A stretch of 64,000 nt of DNA from Planctomycetota bacterium (GCA_034521065.1 JAXHMW010000001.1:28046-92045); one strand, 5' to 3'; positions 42,546-53,011 are shown, counted from the stretch's first letter. Made by a program: numbers and translations. Notes: generated by a model from the letters alone, not told the origin.

Positions 42546-43967
42546 ATCGCCTTCCTCCAGTGTCTTGAAATGATCGGTGGAAATGGACGCGAGCCTCGCG
42601 CTTTGCGGTGAAGTCGGCAAGAACATTCTGAAAATAGTGCCCTTGTCCGAGCTGACAAACCGAATGCGTCCGCCATGTTGCTCGATTATGCGCTTCGCAA
42701 TGGACAGGCCAAGGCCTGTTCCCGCCTTTTTTGTCGAGAAGAACGGCTCGAAAATCCGCTCACGCACGTCTTCGGGGATGCCGGGCCCCTCGTCCTCTAT
42801 TGCGAGCGTCATCACAGGCACCCCTTCCACTCGCGCAAGCATAGCGGATATCGAAAGCGTTCCGCCCTTGGGCATGGCCTGGACCGAGTTCAGCAGGATA
42901 TTGATGAGTACCTGCTTGATTTGGTCGGGGTCAACAAAAATGAGCGGAAGACTGTCCTCGTAGGAAGTTATAACGGACACATTGGCGTGGTCGAGTTGCC
43001 TGCGAAGAAGCAGAAGCGTGTCGTTCACCAGTTCTTCAATGTTCGTCTGGCGCATGTCAGGTACGTACTGGCCGCCGAACTCCATGAGCTGGTCCATGTG
43101 GTTCTTGAGCCGGTCGATTTCCGCCACGAGAACCTCGAGCCATTCACGCACCTTCTCGTCCTCGCCCTTGAAGCGCTTATGCATCATCTGCACGGTCATG
43201 CGCATTGCGGTAAGGGGGTTCCGCACCTCGTGGGCTATGCCCGCGGTCACCTGCCTGAATACCGCGATGCGCTCGCTTTCCACCTGGTTGCTCTGCTTGC
43301 GGCGCAAACGCATTACAGCGCGACGTATCGAACGCGCAAGCTCACCGGACGGCCCGGACCGGTTGAGGTAGTGTATCCGGGGTTCCTCTTCCGCCGATGC
43401 CGCCTCGATTGCCGCTGCAAGACCCTTCATCGGCATATGATATTCGATATACATCAGCATGCTGAAAAGGAACGCGCCTATCAAACAGGCGAGTGCTATC
43501 AGCAGCATTTCGGAGACAGTGGGATATACCGCCTCTGCATGAAAAGGGTTTGTCTGCACGAAGATATGTATTACTTCCGGGTGCGCTGCGACCGGAATCG
43601 AACGGAATTCCAGCGGCCGAGTCCCGTCGGATATCACAACGGGTTTTGTGGATTTTTCCTGGACATTCGCCTCGAAAAACTCGTAGTTCTCCGCGAGCAT
43701 ACGCTCGTCCGATGCGAAGCTGCCGCGCTTGAGGAACACCACTATTTCCATGCCGCTGCCGAACGAGATATCCCGCAGAGAGCTGAACGAAACGAGATAG
43801 GGTTTGTCGAGAATATGGTTCCTGAGTTTTGCTATGAACTGTTCGTTGCGCTGATTGAAGGTCTCGGCGGAGGTTATGGAGGTCACGTGCGCCGCGACTG
43901 CCGCCGCACAGGCGAGCGACAGGAATATGAGAACGAAGTTCCTTAACAGATTGAGGTCCGGCCTCAA
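42522..43967 (-). CDS. Sensor histidine kinase (membrane-bound; HisKA + HATPase_c)
   Basis: H-box AGIAHEVRNPL. N, G1 and G2 boxes (…GTGLGLSIAKRIIEQHGG). Overlaps the regulator start. Confidence 0.85.
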
Positions 43968-43991
43968 AAGCCTTCCTCCCTTGCTCGTTCG

Positions 43992-44754
43992 CTACGCAGA
44001 CACTTCCAGACCGTCGTAAGCGAGCCGGACGTTTTCCGGCAGAAGCTTCGACACCCTTTCGTGATGAATATCGTGACCGATGTGCGTAAGGTATGCCTGT
44101 CCCGGTCCAATGCGCTCTATTAATTCGCAGGCTTCCACTACGTTCAGGTGCGCCGGGTGACTGCGATTGTACTTTAGAGAATTCAGAACGAGAACATCCA
44201 CTCCCTTCAGCAGTTCAATGCTCGTCGCCGGTATCTCCTTGGCGTCGGTCACGTAGGCGAGGTTCCCGAACCTGAAGCCGCGTACCGACACGTTCGATGA
44301 AGTACCGGAAGGGGAATGACCGGGATGCCCTCCACCTCGAAAGGCTCGTCATCGAAGGTATGGACGTGAAAATCGGGGCTGCTGCTTACCCCGTTCGAGG
44401 TGCTGAACGCGAAGAAGAATATCTTGCGAACGTTGTACAGTGATTGGCCTGACATGTACAGGCAGGCCGGTTCGGCCATACTGACGTTCAGCGCGGTTAT
44501 GTCGTTGATGCCGAGAATATGGTCCGCGTGAGCGTGCGTCACAAGTATCGCGTCAAGGTGTGTAACCGAGTTTGCCAGCATCTGTTGTCGGAAGTCGGGG
44601 CCGATATCAATGCATAACTTTTTGCCTTCAATCTCCAGTAGCGCACTCGGGCGTGTTCTCCTGTTCCTCGGGTCGTTCGAAGTGCAGGTAGGGCAACTGC
44701 AGCCAATTACAGGAACGCCCAGGGATGTTCCGGTGCCCAGGAAGGTAAGCTTCA
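43992..44754 (-). CDS. MBL-fold metallo-hydrolase (PhnP/GloB-like), with an apparent frameshift near 44290
   Basis: MKLTFLGTGTSLGVP...LVTHAHADHILG motif. C-terminal ...AYLTHIGHDI in a second frame. Confidence 0.7.
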
Positions 44755-44762
44755 TTCTTCGT

Positions 44763-45559
44763 CGCCGCCCTCGATACCGTACACCGCGCGGGGCACGGAG
44801 ATATCCACGATATGTATCCGGCCGCACATATCGGGTCCGGTCCGTTTCCAAAAAGCCCTTCTTGGCGGCGGCAAATGTAATCGTGTGGTCTGCACGAACG
44901 CACTTGCCGGGGGTTTCTCCCGTGTTCACGTCGAGCCCTGAAGGCAGGTCCACCGAGAACACGAGGCTGCCGCTGTCATTTATCATCTCTATGAGCTTGT
45001 CGTAGGGTTCGCGCGGGGCGCCCTGAATGCCGGAGCCCAGCAGCGCGTCCACCACTATGTCCGACTCCTCGAGGAAGTGCGGGATGTTTTCCAACTCCAA
45101 CTCGGTGCCGACCTCTACCACGCGGATGCCCATCTTCTGGGCGATTGCAAGGTTTACATCGGCTTCGTCAACATCCTCTTCCGGAGCTTTCAGGCCGTAC
45201 TTCTCCGCTATTTCCTTGCGCTTGAGACTACCGTAAGTCTCGATATAGCTGCCCGGTTTGCTCGGTGATGAACCCGTATTCTTCGTCCCTATGCCCATCA
45301 CGTTGACGTTGACGCCGTGGTTGTGAAGATGACGTGCTATAACGTAGCCATCTCCGCCGTTATGGCCCTTACCGGCAAGAATGGTTACCGAACGAGGTTC
45401 GTCGAATTCTTCGAGGGCCGACAGAATTATGTCCGCACTGCGCAGTCCGGCGTTCTCCATCAGTACTATGCCGGGGATGCCGTACCTGTCCATTGCAACG
45501 CTGTCAATCTGCCGGGCGCGTTCCCTTGTGAACGGTTCAACTTTCTCGAGATGCCTCAT
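44763..45559 (-). CDS. NAD(P)H-hydrate epimerase (YjeF N-terminal domain / Nnr), with an apparent frameshift near 44810-44835
   Basis: LMENAGLRSADII...ILAGKGHNGGDGYVIARHL. The true C-terminus GRIHIVDISVPRAVYGIEGGDEE is in another frame and ends in ATGA overlapping the next gene. Confidence 0.7.
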
Positions 45560-46350
45560 GTTTTGCTCCTTCGATAAACGCTTTGCCGCGGAATACCGGG
45601 CCGTCCTTGCAGGCTCGCGCCATTTTAAGCCGGCCGTTGACCATAAGCGGAACCGTGCAACCGAAGCAGGCTCCTATCCCGCATGCCATGCGCTCTTCCG
45701 TGGCGACAAGGCTTTCGGTCTCGTTTTCGAGTGCCATTTCCGCCACGGCTTTCAACATTCCGTCGGGGCCGCAAGCGGCTACGATGTCCACGCCGCCCTC
45801 ACCCAGCATACGTTCGAGGGGCCCTGTTACGATACCTGTCTCGCCGTCGGATCCGTCTTCTGTTGTGACGACTACCTCGCGGCAGTGTTCACGTATCCTG
45901 TCCAAGTGTACTAAATCCTGTTTCGTCCCTGCACCGCAGATGAAGCGAGCAGGACGTCCCTGGGCGTTAAGTTGTTTCGCGAGCAGTACAAGTTCCGCCG
46001 CACCGACTCCGCCTCCGACCAGCAGGATATCCTCGTATGAGCGGGAGACCGTGAAGCCGTTGCCCAGCGGTCCCACGACGTCTATGTCCATTCCCTCGTG
46101 GAAGGTTGCCCCGAGCCATCTGTCGTGTTCCGCCCCCTACCACCGCCGCGACGAACTCCACCCAGCCCTCGCTGCAGTCACTTACACAGAAGGGACGCCC
46201 TAACAGGCGTTCACCGTCCTCTGCCACGTGCACCATGAAAAACTGCCCCGGAACGAGTTGGCCGCACCAGTCGGCATCGAACCGGCAAAGCATGTATCTG
46301 CCCTGCAGTTCGAACGAAACTATCCTGTAGCTTTGCCTCGTCTTTCTCAT
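45537..46350 (-). CDS. PyrK-like oxidoreductase FAD/NAD(P)-binding subunit with a C-terminal 2Fe-2S cluster, with an apparent frameshift near 46090-46130
   Basis: RIVSFELQGRYMLCRFD...GQFFMVHV (FAD-binding). LLVGGGVGAAELVLLAK (NAD-binding). MACGIGACFGC iron-sulfur motif. No pyrD lies adjacent. Confidence 0.65.
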
Positions 46351-46417
46351 CCGTCTCTCCAAAGAAAAGGGAGGGCAAACGCTCCCCTTTTCGGTATGCC
46401 TCTGATTAAATTGTAGC

Positions 46418-47860
46418 CTACCGCGGCTTTTTGAAGTGGGAATCGTCAATGGTATTGTTGCCGAACTTGATCTCGCCCAGTTCGTCGTCGTTTTCCTTGT
46501 TGACGTGAATCCACTTCATCTCCGGCTGTGTGCCGCCCTTGATCGTGTTGCTATCGGGCTCAAGCTGGTTGCGAACCGACATGATGTTGTGCGGGAACTT
46601 CAGCTTGTTCTTCTCGCCATAATCCCAGTAGTACTTGTTGACCTTCTCGTTGTTCATCTCATCTTTGTAGGTGATCATGGCCGGAAGGTCTTTCCAGTCC
46701 TCGTAACGGGGGTCATTGTAGAAGCACATCTGTATCTGCTTGCCGCTGATGCGGTCCGCGACGAGAAAGTAGTTCACGCGAATCTTCGAGCGGTCGAAAC
46801 GAATCCTCTTCGCCTCTCCGAAGATCTTGCGGAATTTGAACTGACCGTGTGCGAGCTTATACATGATATCGCGGTCATATGCATCGTGACGGTAGCGTTC
46901 GGCCTCTTCCTTGTCCAGTTCGGAGCCGTTGTTGTCAACGAACCTGCGAAGGGTCTCTCCGTCGAAGAGCACCGAGATTTTCAGCGATGCCTGTATCCAC
47001 TTGAAGAAAAGCATATCTTTATTGCTCGAGCGCTTGTAGCCTATCGTAGCTGAGTACTCGGTCTCGGATGTCCATGCGAAAGGCTTCATGGGGTCGTCAT
47101 CGCTGACCTCATCGTCGCGCTGAAGGTGGCTCTTGACAATCGCGTCGTACTGACGGCAGTTATTGAACTTCATCGCCTCGAAGCCACCGTAGTTCTCGAT
47201 GACCTTCGCCACGTAGTCCTGAATTTCCTGGTCGGTCTCATCGAGCTCCACGTAGGCTTCGCTGACCTCTGCGGGTTTCTTGGTCTTGCCGGGCTCGGCA
47301 CTTGTCTCCGTTGAGCCGCCGTTGTTGCCGCTCGAGTCGGTCTTGGCTGTCGCGCCGTTGTTCATGGTTTTGGCGGGAGTCTTACCGGGTGACGGCGTTG
47401 CATCCCAGTTAGGAGTTTTCGCTGTTCCGTATTTGCCAGTGAAATTGGAAGGAGTGGCATCCGGCGGCGCAGTTGTGGGACGCAGTGCCTCGCCGCTGGT
47501 GAACGCAAGAATCAGACCGACGATCAGGAGGAATCCCACCGCGCCGAGAATGGCGTACAGAGTGGTGTTGTCCTTTTTCTTGGGATAGCGGCCGCGGTCC
47601 CTGTCGAGGTCTTCTTCGTCGAATTCTCGTCTGCGACGCGGCGAACGCCTCGGTGCTGAAGCTCCGGGACGCGAACGACGGCCACCGGACGAACGACTCC
47701 CTCGGCGGGAACTTCGCGAATCCGAGGCCTGTTGTTCGTCTGCACCCGGTACGGTCACAACTTCGTTGCACTCCGTGCAGCGGAACTTCATGCCAGGCTT
47801 GAAGGTGGAAATGTTGTACTGCTTGCCACAGTGAGGGCAGGGCATTATGCGGTCGGCCAT
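46418..47860 (-). CDS. Membrane protein with an N-terminal MJ0042-type zinc ribbon, an Arg/Ser-rich disordered segment, one transmembrane helix and a ~330-aa extracytoplasmic domain
   Basis: CPHCGKQYNI...FRCTECNEVV. SRRGSRSSGGRRSRPGASAPRRSPRRRREF. Transmembrane helix LYAILGAVGFLLIVGLILAF. Confidence 0.55.
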   Translation of the reverse strand: MADRIMPCPHCGKQYNISTFKPGMKFRCTECNEVVTVPGADEQQASDSRSSRRGSRSSGGRRSRPGASAPRRSPRRRREFDEEDLDRDRGRYPKKKDNTTLYAILGAVGFLLIVGLILAFTSGEALRPTTAPPDATPSNFTGKYGTAKTPNWDATPSPGKTPAKTMNNGATAKTDSSGNNGGSTETSAEPGKTKKPAEVSEAYVELDETDQEIQDYVAKVIENYGGFEAMKFNNCRQYDAIVKSHLQRDDEVSDDDPMKPFAWTSETEYSATIGYKRSSNKDMLFFKWIQASLKISVLFDGETLRRFVDNNGSELDKEEAERYRHDAYDRDIMYKLAHGQFKFRKIFGEAKRIRFDRSKIRVNYFLVADRISGKQIQMCFYNDPRYEDWKDLPAMITYKDEMNNEKVNKYYWDYGEKNKLKFPHNIMSVRNQLEPDSNTIKGGTQPEMKWIHVNKENDDELGEIKFGNNTIDDSHFKKPR

Positions 47861-47949
47861 CTCTCTCTCCTTCCGAAAAGACAACTCTCTTTTCCAATTG
47901 TATTGTCTTATCAGGCACTAAGCAGCCTTTTTAGGGTTGCAGCGCCTGT

Positions 47950-48709
47950 TTATGGCCTGTCACGCCTGCCTGTGAGCACGCAGGCGGTGTCGAACTCCAG
48001 CGCAACGAGACAAACGTCCGCAAAGCCCGCTCCTTCGAAAGCCTTCCGTATCTCATCGCGGTCCGTCATGGCAAGAATGCTTTCGGCGAGATACCGGTAA
48101 TCGCTCGCCTTAGCGAACGGACTGACCAGCGCCGGTACTATCCTCCGCAGCCAGAGGCTCATCAGGGGCCTCATCATGCTACGTGAACGTGGCGCGAAAG
48201 TATCCAAAAGCATAACCCTGCCACCGGGTTTCAGAACCCGATACATCTCGCTTACAGCCTTCTTGCGGTCGCTGAGATTGCGGTACACGAAGCAGCTTGT
48301 AACCACGTCGAATGAGCTGTCTCCGAACGGCATGTCCGTGGCGTCCGCCTTCAATATGTTCGCGCCGGGCACTTTTTTCCGGGCAATGTCCAGCATGGTC
48401 TCGGAAATGTCAATGCCGGTGCAGCTTACGTCCGGTCGCTTCGCGGCAAGAAAGGCCGGCAGCAATCCCGCAGCCCGTTCCCACATCCAGCAGCCTGGCG
48501 TCCCGGGGGATTTTCAGCAGCCGGAGGGCCTTGACCCTCCACCGGGTGGTAGCTCCAAGCGATATGATATCGTTCATGCGGTCATATCGAGGGGCGACCC
48601 TGTCGAACAGACTGCTCACAAACGCGGTCTTGCGCGAACCGTTTAAGTTCGCGGCTTCCAGGGGAGTTACCCCGTCGGCTTTCTCGCTTACGCGATCTCG
48701 TTTACCCAT
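47950..48709 (-). CDS. ubiE: Demethylmenaquinone/ubiquinone C-methyltransferase (UbiE/MenG), with an apparent frameshift near 48420-48490
   Basis: VSSLFDRVAPRYDRMNDIISLG...LDVGTGCG. C-terminal ...VLKPGGRVMLLD in another frame. Confidence 0.75.
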
Positions 48710-48950
48710 CGCGTTAGATTCTTTACTGCCTTGTTCAGACTGTAGTACACGCTGTGGGGAGTTGTCTGCTCGAACGCATCGCCGTACTTAGGGATAAAAG
48801 GTAACGTAAGTCCAAACACCGGTTTCTGAACTGTCAACCTGTCGGGCTACTGGCAAGCTCGAATACCCCAACTGCCTACTACTCTCCGTGAGTTATCTTA
48901 TCAGGACAGAGATCGCAATTGTATTTGACGAAAAGATGTTGTGCTGATGT

Positions 48951-49518
48951 TCAGGCAGAACAGGTAAATTGCCTTCGACATTGGCATACCAGCATGTTGT
49001 TTGGTTTCCCCAACCTGAAGGCCTCCAACGGGATGATGTCAGGCCATGGCGAATCGCCAAGAAACTCAGAGCGATTGGTGAAGTTGTATTTGAGAGCAAC
49101 ATACTCATATGCTTTATCTATTCGTCTCATCGCTCTGAAATGCGAACTGTCTCCTTCCCTGTATATTGGCAAATGATAGCTCGTATCTCGGATGGATCTC
49201 AGTCGGTGCCCGGAATTGGAGATCGTTCTTGGTTGGGCCATCTACTATTATGCTATAGCCCCAAAACACTTCACAATTTGAGACTTCCATGAGACGGCCA
49301 AGTGACACAAGCGAAATGGTGGAGTATGATACATCCACGGTTCCAACGGAGGCTTTCCCAAGGAATCTTGCAATGACTGTGAAGTTGCTACCGGTCAAAT
49401 CCGAGTTCATTACTCTAATCTCTGAGAGCTGGTTTCTTGTTAAAAGTGCTTCCGTAGACGGGACAAAGGAACAATTCCAGAGCCGTAACCGCGTGTTCTC
49501 ACCTGAAGTAGAACACAA
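48951..49518 (-). CDS. Hypothetical protein A of the low-GC island (probably with a frameshift near 49130-49240; start near the IS-end copy)
   Basis: ORF 49114..49518, plus overlapping ORF 48951..49241 whose translation (DKAYEYVALKYNFTNRSEFLGDSPWPDIIPLEAF) reads as protein. Immediately upstream lies a perfect ribosome-binding site and ATG inside the IS-end copy (GAGGTGGCCTGATG at ~49545). Confidence 0.35.
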
Positions 49519-49545
49519 AACATCCTCGCCAACATCAGGCCACCT

Positions 49546-49608
49546 CGAAAAATTGGCGCATCCACGACCTGAGTATACAATGGAGGGACTTAAAGTCAGC
49601 CGAAAAAC
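49546..49608 (-). mobile_element. Solo copy of the IS5-family terminal inverted repeat with its adjacent ~45 bp (same as 51906-51970)
   Basis: ggccacctcgaaaaattggcgcatccacgacctgagtatacaatgga matches ggccacctcgaaaaatcggcgtatccacaacctgagtatacaatgga at 51906. It contains an outward-facing TTGACT-16-TATACT promoter-like pair and a GAGGTG Shine-Dalgarno sequence. Confidence 0.5.
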
Positions 49609-49929
49609 TGCGTCTCTTTCTTCTCGTTATCTTCTTCCTTGCTTGGCTCGCGAGCCCCATTGTAGCAGGAGATTCCTCCCCCTTAACCATCTGTCCAGTT
49701 TTTGGGGACAAGCTCACTTCTTACAGGACACAGCGGTAAAAAACTGTTGAGAAAACTACTATACACCTCTCTTCAGGTCAGTCCCTTCTGATAACCGTAG
49801 CGCAGTGTGCACTTCCCCACCTAAACCTGTTTTCAAGCTTGCGACTCATGAAGACTCTCTTTGCGTTCAGTACGCGCACATCGAACTCTTTCGCGAATTT
49901 TGTATACACAGTACAGTTCTCGGGAACAT

Positions 49930-51276
49930 TTAGGTTGATTCTGATCTCCACCTTTCTCCTATCGGGCGTTCTGCAGCTTTTGTGTAGCCGAAAGCAGCAT
50001 AGAAGCTGAGGCGACGCAGTTCGGGCATGCTCTTACTCACCCAAGAGAAAAGCTCAGAGGCATCCGGAGCATCTTGCTCCGTAAGACAGGGCGCCATGAC
50101 AAACTCGCGAATACCGGGATATGAACCATCTTTAAGACACTTCACAATACCGTCATCAAACGACCCGGATATCCTCACTCTCGACGCACTTGCGAGAAGT
50201 TTCTTGCTCAACTCCCTCGCTCTCTCTCCGGTGAACTGCAAGTTGTGACAATGCAGCCACTCGAGTTGGTTGTCGCCAATCTCAAAGACAGCATCCGGTG
50301 TTGACTCAATATCCAGATTATAGAGGCCCAGAGACTCACAGCAGTTCAGAAGAGTACAGAGCTCTTCTGCAGAGACCGTGATCCTCTTGTCTGAAGATCC
50401 GACGAGGTGAACTTTCTTTATCTTCCCGGATTCTTCTACATCGTCCTCGAACTCAAGGTCGAGCATGCCGGGCTCCCCTTCTTTCGCGTCGCTGCTGATC
50501 CGTAGCTCTTCTATCGGCCACTTCCGTAATGTCGGAACATGAACAGTTGACGGAGAGTAGCAGTAATCGAGATACAGGACTCTCACCTGTTGTTGCGAAT
50601 ACGCAATTTTCTCAAGAGCCTTGGGCGAAAGCGCTGTTCTAACGGCAAAAGTCACTTCCAGTTTGTTCTTTGCTTGCTCGAAGTCCGTGGCCGACATCGG
50701 GTCAAGCAGACACGTTGTATGTTCCTCGACCCTGTGCCAATCAATAGCACCTGTCGCAACCAGAGGTCGGTAAACCCACTTGCTCTCGCGCAACCATCTC
50801 GAATCGGGAAAAACACCGCTCAGCGAGGAGGAGGGTATCGCTATCACCACACCTTTAACGGTTGCTTTCTTCGCTATCTTCAAAATGCTGCGATCTCGTT
50901 CTTCATCCTTTCTAACTTCTGGCCACTTTGTGTCTGAACCGACTGTAACATAAGGGATTTCTCTGTCTTCCAGAACGCCTGCAATAGTGTCTGGGTCCAA
51001 TGACATAATGCACTGGCATTTGTCACCTGCGAAGAACACAGAATAGCCTTCGTACTTCTCGATGCGCAGGTCGAGCCCCGCCGCTGCGGAGTAGTCGAAC
51101 AAATATGTATGTTCATCAACATCGACGAATGTGCACAGATCTTCGTCCTGAAGAGCAGAAAGCTTTAGCAGTTGCCCACTTTCCTGAACGTTCGACAAGT
51201 ATGCTGCCAAACGAACAGTCTGCAAAGCCCTGAGCTCCTCTCTCACCAAAGCAGTCACTTGCGAAGAGCACTGCAA
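49930..51276 (-). CDS. Hypothetical protein B of the low-GC island (448 aa), with a C-terminal ribonuclease-inhibitor-like leucine-rich repeat region
   Basis: A long intact ORF in ~45% GC DNA. C-terminal LxxLxLxxNxI/F-type repeats (LYNLDIESTPDAVFEIGDNQLEWLHCHNLQFTGERARELSKKLLASASRVRISGSFDDGIVKCL). The N-terminal ~250 aa has no recognisable motif. Confidence 0.5.
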   Translation of the reverse strand: MQCSSQVTALVREELRALQTVRLAAYLSNVQESGQLLKLSALQDEDLCTFVDVDEHTYLFDYSAAAGLDLRIEKYEGYSVFFAGDKCQCIMSLDPDTIAGVLEDREIPYVTVGSDTKWPEVRKDEERDRSILKIAKKATVKGVVIAIPSSSLSGVFPDSRWLRESKWVYRPLVATGAIDWHRVEEHTTCLLDPMSATDFEQAKNKLEVTFAVRTALSPKALEKIAYSQQQVRVLYLDYCYSPSTVHVPTLRKWPIEELRISSDAKEGEPGMLDLEFEDDVEESGKIKKVHLVGSSDKRITVSAEELCTLLNCCESLGLYNLDIESTPDAVFEIGDNQLEWLHCHNLQFTGERARELSKKLLASASRVRISGSFDDGIVKCLKDGSYPGIREFVMAPCLTEQDAPDASELFSWVSKSMPELRRLSFYAAFGYTKAAERPIGERWRSEST

Positions 51277-51323
51277 TACACATTAGAACACAAAAAACGG
51301 AGTTTGCTTTCAAAACAGACCTC

Positions 51324-51935
51324 CTACGGTGCATCACGATCATTTGGTATTGGATCGTGCGCCTTTACTTCTACATAATCTTGCATTTGTGAAGCCTGCG
51401 GTTCACTATTCTCAGTCAGAAGGTAAGTATCATTTTTCTCTGAGTAACCCACAATACAATCTACGTTCGTGCCAGTGTAATCACTTGTTACCGTAAGCTC
51501 GTTCTTGTCAATTATCGGCGTTTTCTCTCTGCTGTTTTCGATATACCTAGTGTATACTCCTCCGATTTGAAAGGTGTTTGCCCAATCGACCGTCCTGCCG
51601 TCCTCATTCCATGTTGTCTTATATGCAGTGTATCTTGCCCATATCTTTGTGCAACGTATAAACGTACCACACTTTGGCCCATGTTCATTCTCATCTCTTT
51701 GCCCAATGTAGGAATCGCTAAGCTGGACTTCTTTGTTTCCTTGTATCCAACGCCGCAACGGGCCATTGTAGTCACACATGTGTATGCGATATCTAATGGT
51801 CTTTCTGAGCCCGTTTTTAGACGGGCCATTTCCACTTCCTGCATCTGTCAGTTCCCAGTCATTTCCCTCAATGGTATTCTTCTCTCTGCTAAAAAGCTCT
51901 CTTGTGGCCACCTCGAAAAATCGGCGTATCCACAA
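51324..51935 (-). CDS. Hypothetical protein C of the low-GC island (203 aa as called; the 5' end lies inside the IS terminal repeat, so the real start is uncertain or the gene is truncated by IS insertion; first ATG at 51779)
   Basis: Intact ORF, Trp/Tyr/Asn-rich, no recognisable motif. The ORF-finder start is a TTG inside the IS left inverted repeat. Confidence 0.4.
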   Translation of the reverse strand: MWIRRFFEVATRELFSREKNTIEGNDWELTDAGSGNGPSKNGLRKTIRYRIHMCDYNGPLRRWIQGNKEVQLSDSYIGQRDENEHGPKCGTFIRCTKIWARYTAYKTTWNEDGRTVDWANTFQIGGVYTRYIENSREKTPIIDKNELTVTSDYTGTNVDCIVGYSEKNDTYLLTENSEPQASQMQDYVEVKAHDPIPNDRDAP

Positions 51936-52443
51936 CCTGAGTATACAATGGATGGAGGATAAGTCAACCGAAGAGAGGCAATAATTGTTGAGGGTTTTTA
52001 AGTTAACATCGACGTAGAAAACGTGCTTGCCAGGCTCGATAAGAAGGGCGATATTCTTGCGAAGCTGAACGAGGTCATTGACTGGGAGGATTTTTGTCCG
52101 ATCCTAAGCCGCATTCGCAAGGCAGATCGCAAGAACACGTGTTCGGGATTCAGAGATGACCGCGGGAAACCTTCTGCTGAGGTGCGTCGGGCTGGACAGG
52201 GCGCGGGCGAAGATCGGCCTTCGAAACCTCGCCCACAACATGAGGAGATTCGTAACTCTTCTGAAAGAACGACCTTGCACTGTTTAAGTCTGCCCTGAGT
52301 ACGGGAAATAGAGTCAAAATGCGTGCAAAACGGACGCAAATAGCCGAAAAGAGCGCGAATTCGGACAGTTTTCAGGCTAATAATCGCTCCCTGACCAATA
52401 ATTACGCACCGGAGGCAAAATCTGCGCTTTTTCTGACAGAATT
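51906..52443 (+). mobile_element. Degenerate IS5-family insertion-sequence remnant (~540 bp) with terminal inverted repeats (GGCCACCTCGAAMAAT) and an internally deleted transposase gene
   Basis: Left end ggccacctcgaaaaatcgg (51906-). Right end is the reverse complement, ggtattgttcgaggtggcc (-52443). The internal ORF 52023..52287 encodes MLARLDKKGDILAKLNEVIDWEDFCPILSRIRKADRKNT (IS5/IS1182 DUF772-like N-terminus) fused out of frame to ...GLDRARAKIGLRNLAHNMRRFVTLLKER (the conserved IS5-family C-terminal tail). Confidence 0.65.
52023..52287 (+). pseudogene. IS5-family transposase remnant (N-terminal ~45 aa + C-terminal ~40 aa; DDE catalytic core deleted)
   Basis: See the mobile-element entry above; the two halves lie in different frames. 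Confidence 0.6.
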
Positions 52444-52570
52444 GGGTATTGTTCGAGGTGGCCTTACGCAAGCGTTTCCCTTTCTCAAAGCACCCGGTTG
52501 CTTCCAAACATTTGCCCTCAACGGAAAACGAATACAATCTCTGGCCATTCGATGACAAGTGGGCCTATAG

Positions 52571-52646
52571 CTCAATCGGCAGAGCAGCGGACTCATAATC
52601 CGCGTGTTCCTGGTTCGAGTCCAGGTGGGCCCACCAGTTTTAAGCG
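52571..52646 (+). tRNA. tRNA-Met (anticodon CAU; elongator-like anticodon stem, could also be tRNA-Ile2 by lysidine modification), 76 nt with CCA
   Basis: GGGCCTA acceptor stem. Anticodon stem-loop GCGGA-CTCATAA-TCCGC. T-arm CCTGG-TTCGAGT-CCAGG. Discriminator A, then CCA. Confidence 0.85.
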
Positions 52647-52651
52647 GGTTT

Positions 52652-52695
52652 CAGCTTGACGGCTGAGACCCGCTTTCCTTTTGGGGAACAATTAG
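52652..52695 (+). terminator. Rho-independent terminator after tRNA-Met
   Basis: aagcgggtttcagc-ttgacg-gctgagacccgctt followed by TCCTTTTGGGG. Confidence 0.65.
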
Positions 52696-53011
52696 GAAAA
52701 CAATACGGTTAACTCCGTCTTCCTTTGGCCGCAGCCTCCTGATGAGTACCTGAACAGCTCTCCACCCGCGCCTCTCATGCGTGCCGCCTCTTACCGTCCA
52801 TGACAAGTTCATTTAAGGCCCGCAAGCGTCCGGAGTCTGTATTCCGCTATTTTTCGGCCGGTACAAAGAAGCGCAGGTTTTCGGCATCATTCTTTTCATT
52901 TCCTTCGTCCCACTCCACATCACGTGGATATCACTCGCCCCCGATTTCAGAGAACGGTATAATTACTTCAAGCGCTCCTTGCTCGTTCGCCTCGGTATCA
53001 GGAATACGCCC

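Noticed and set aside
49541-51975. Initial reading of the two ~60-bp repeats as gene-specific promoter/leader sequences for island genes A and C
   Set aside because: The same sequence ends in the terminal inverted repeat of an IS5-family remnant (its reverse complement recurs at 52443 and 24921), so the repeats are IS ends. An outward promoter within them remains possible and is kept as part of a finding, not as a feature.
52319-52555. 78-aa plus-strand ORF just upstream of tRNA-Met, and the similar 24669..24962 ORF
   Set aside because: Both cover the inner side of the IS right end. The shared peptide LFxTExGIVRG is noted under the IS finding, but a free-standing gene is not supported.
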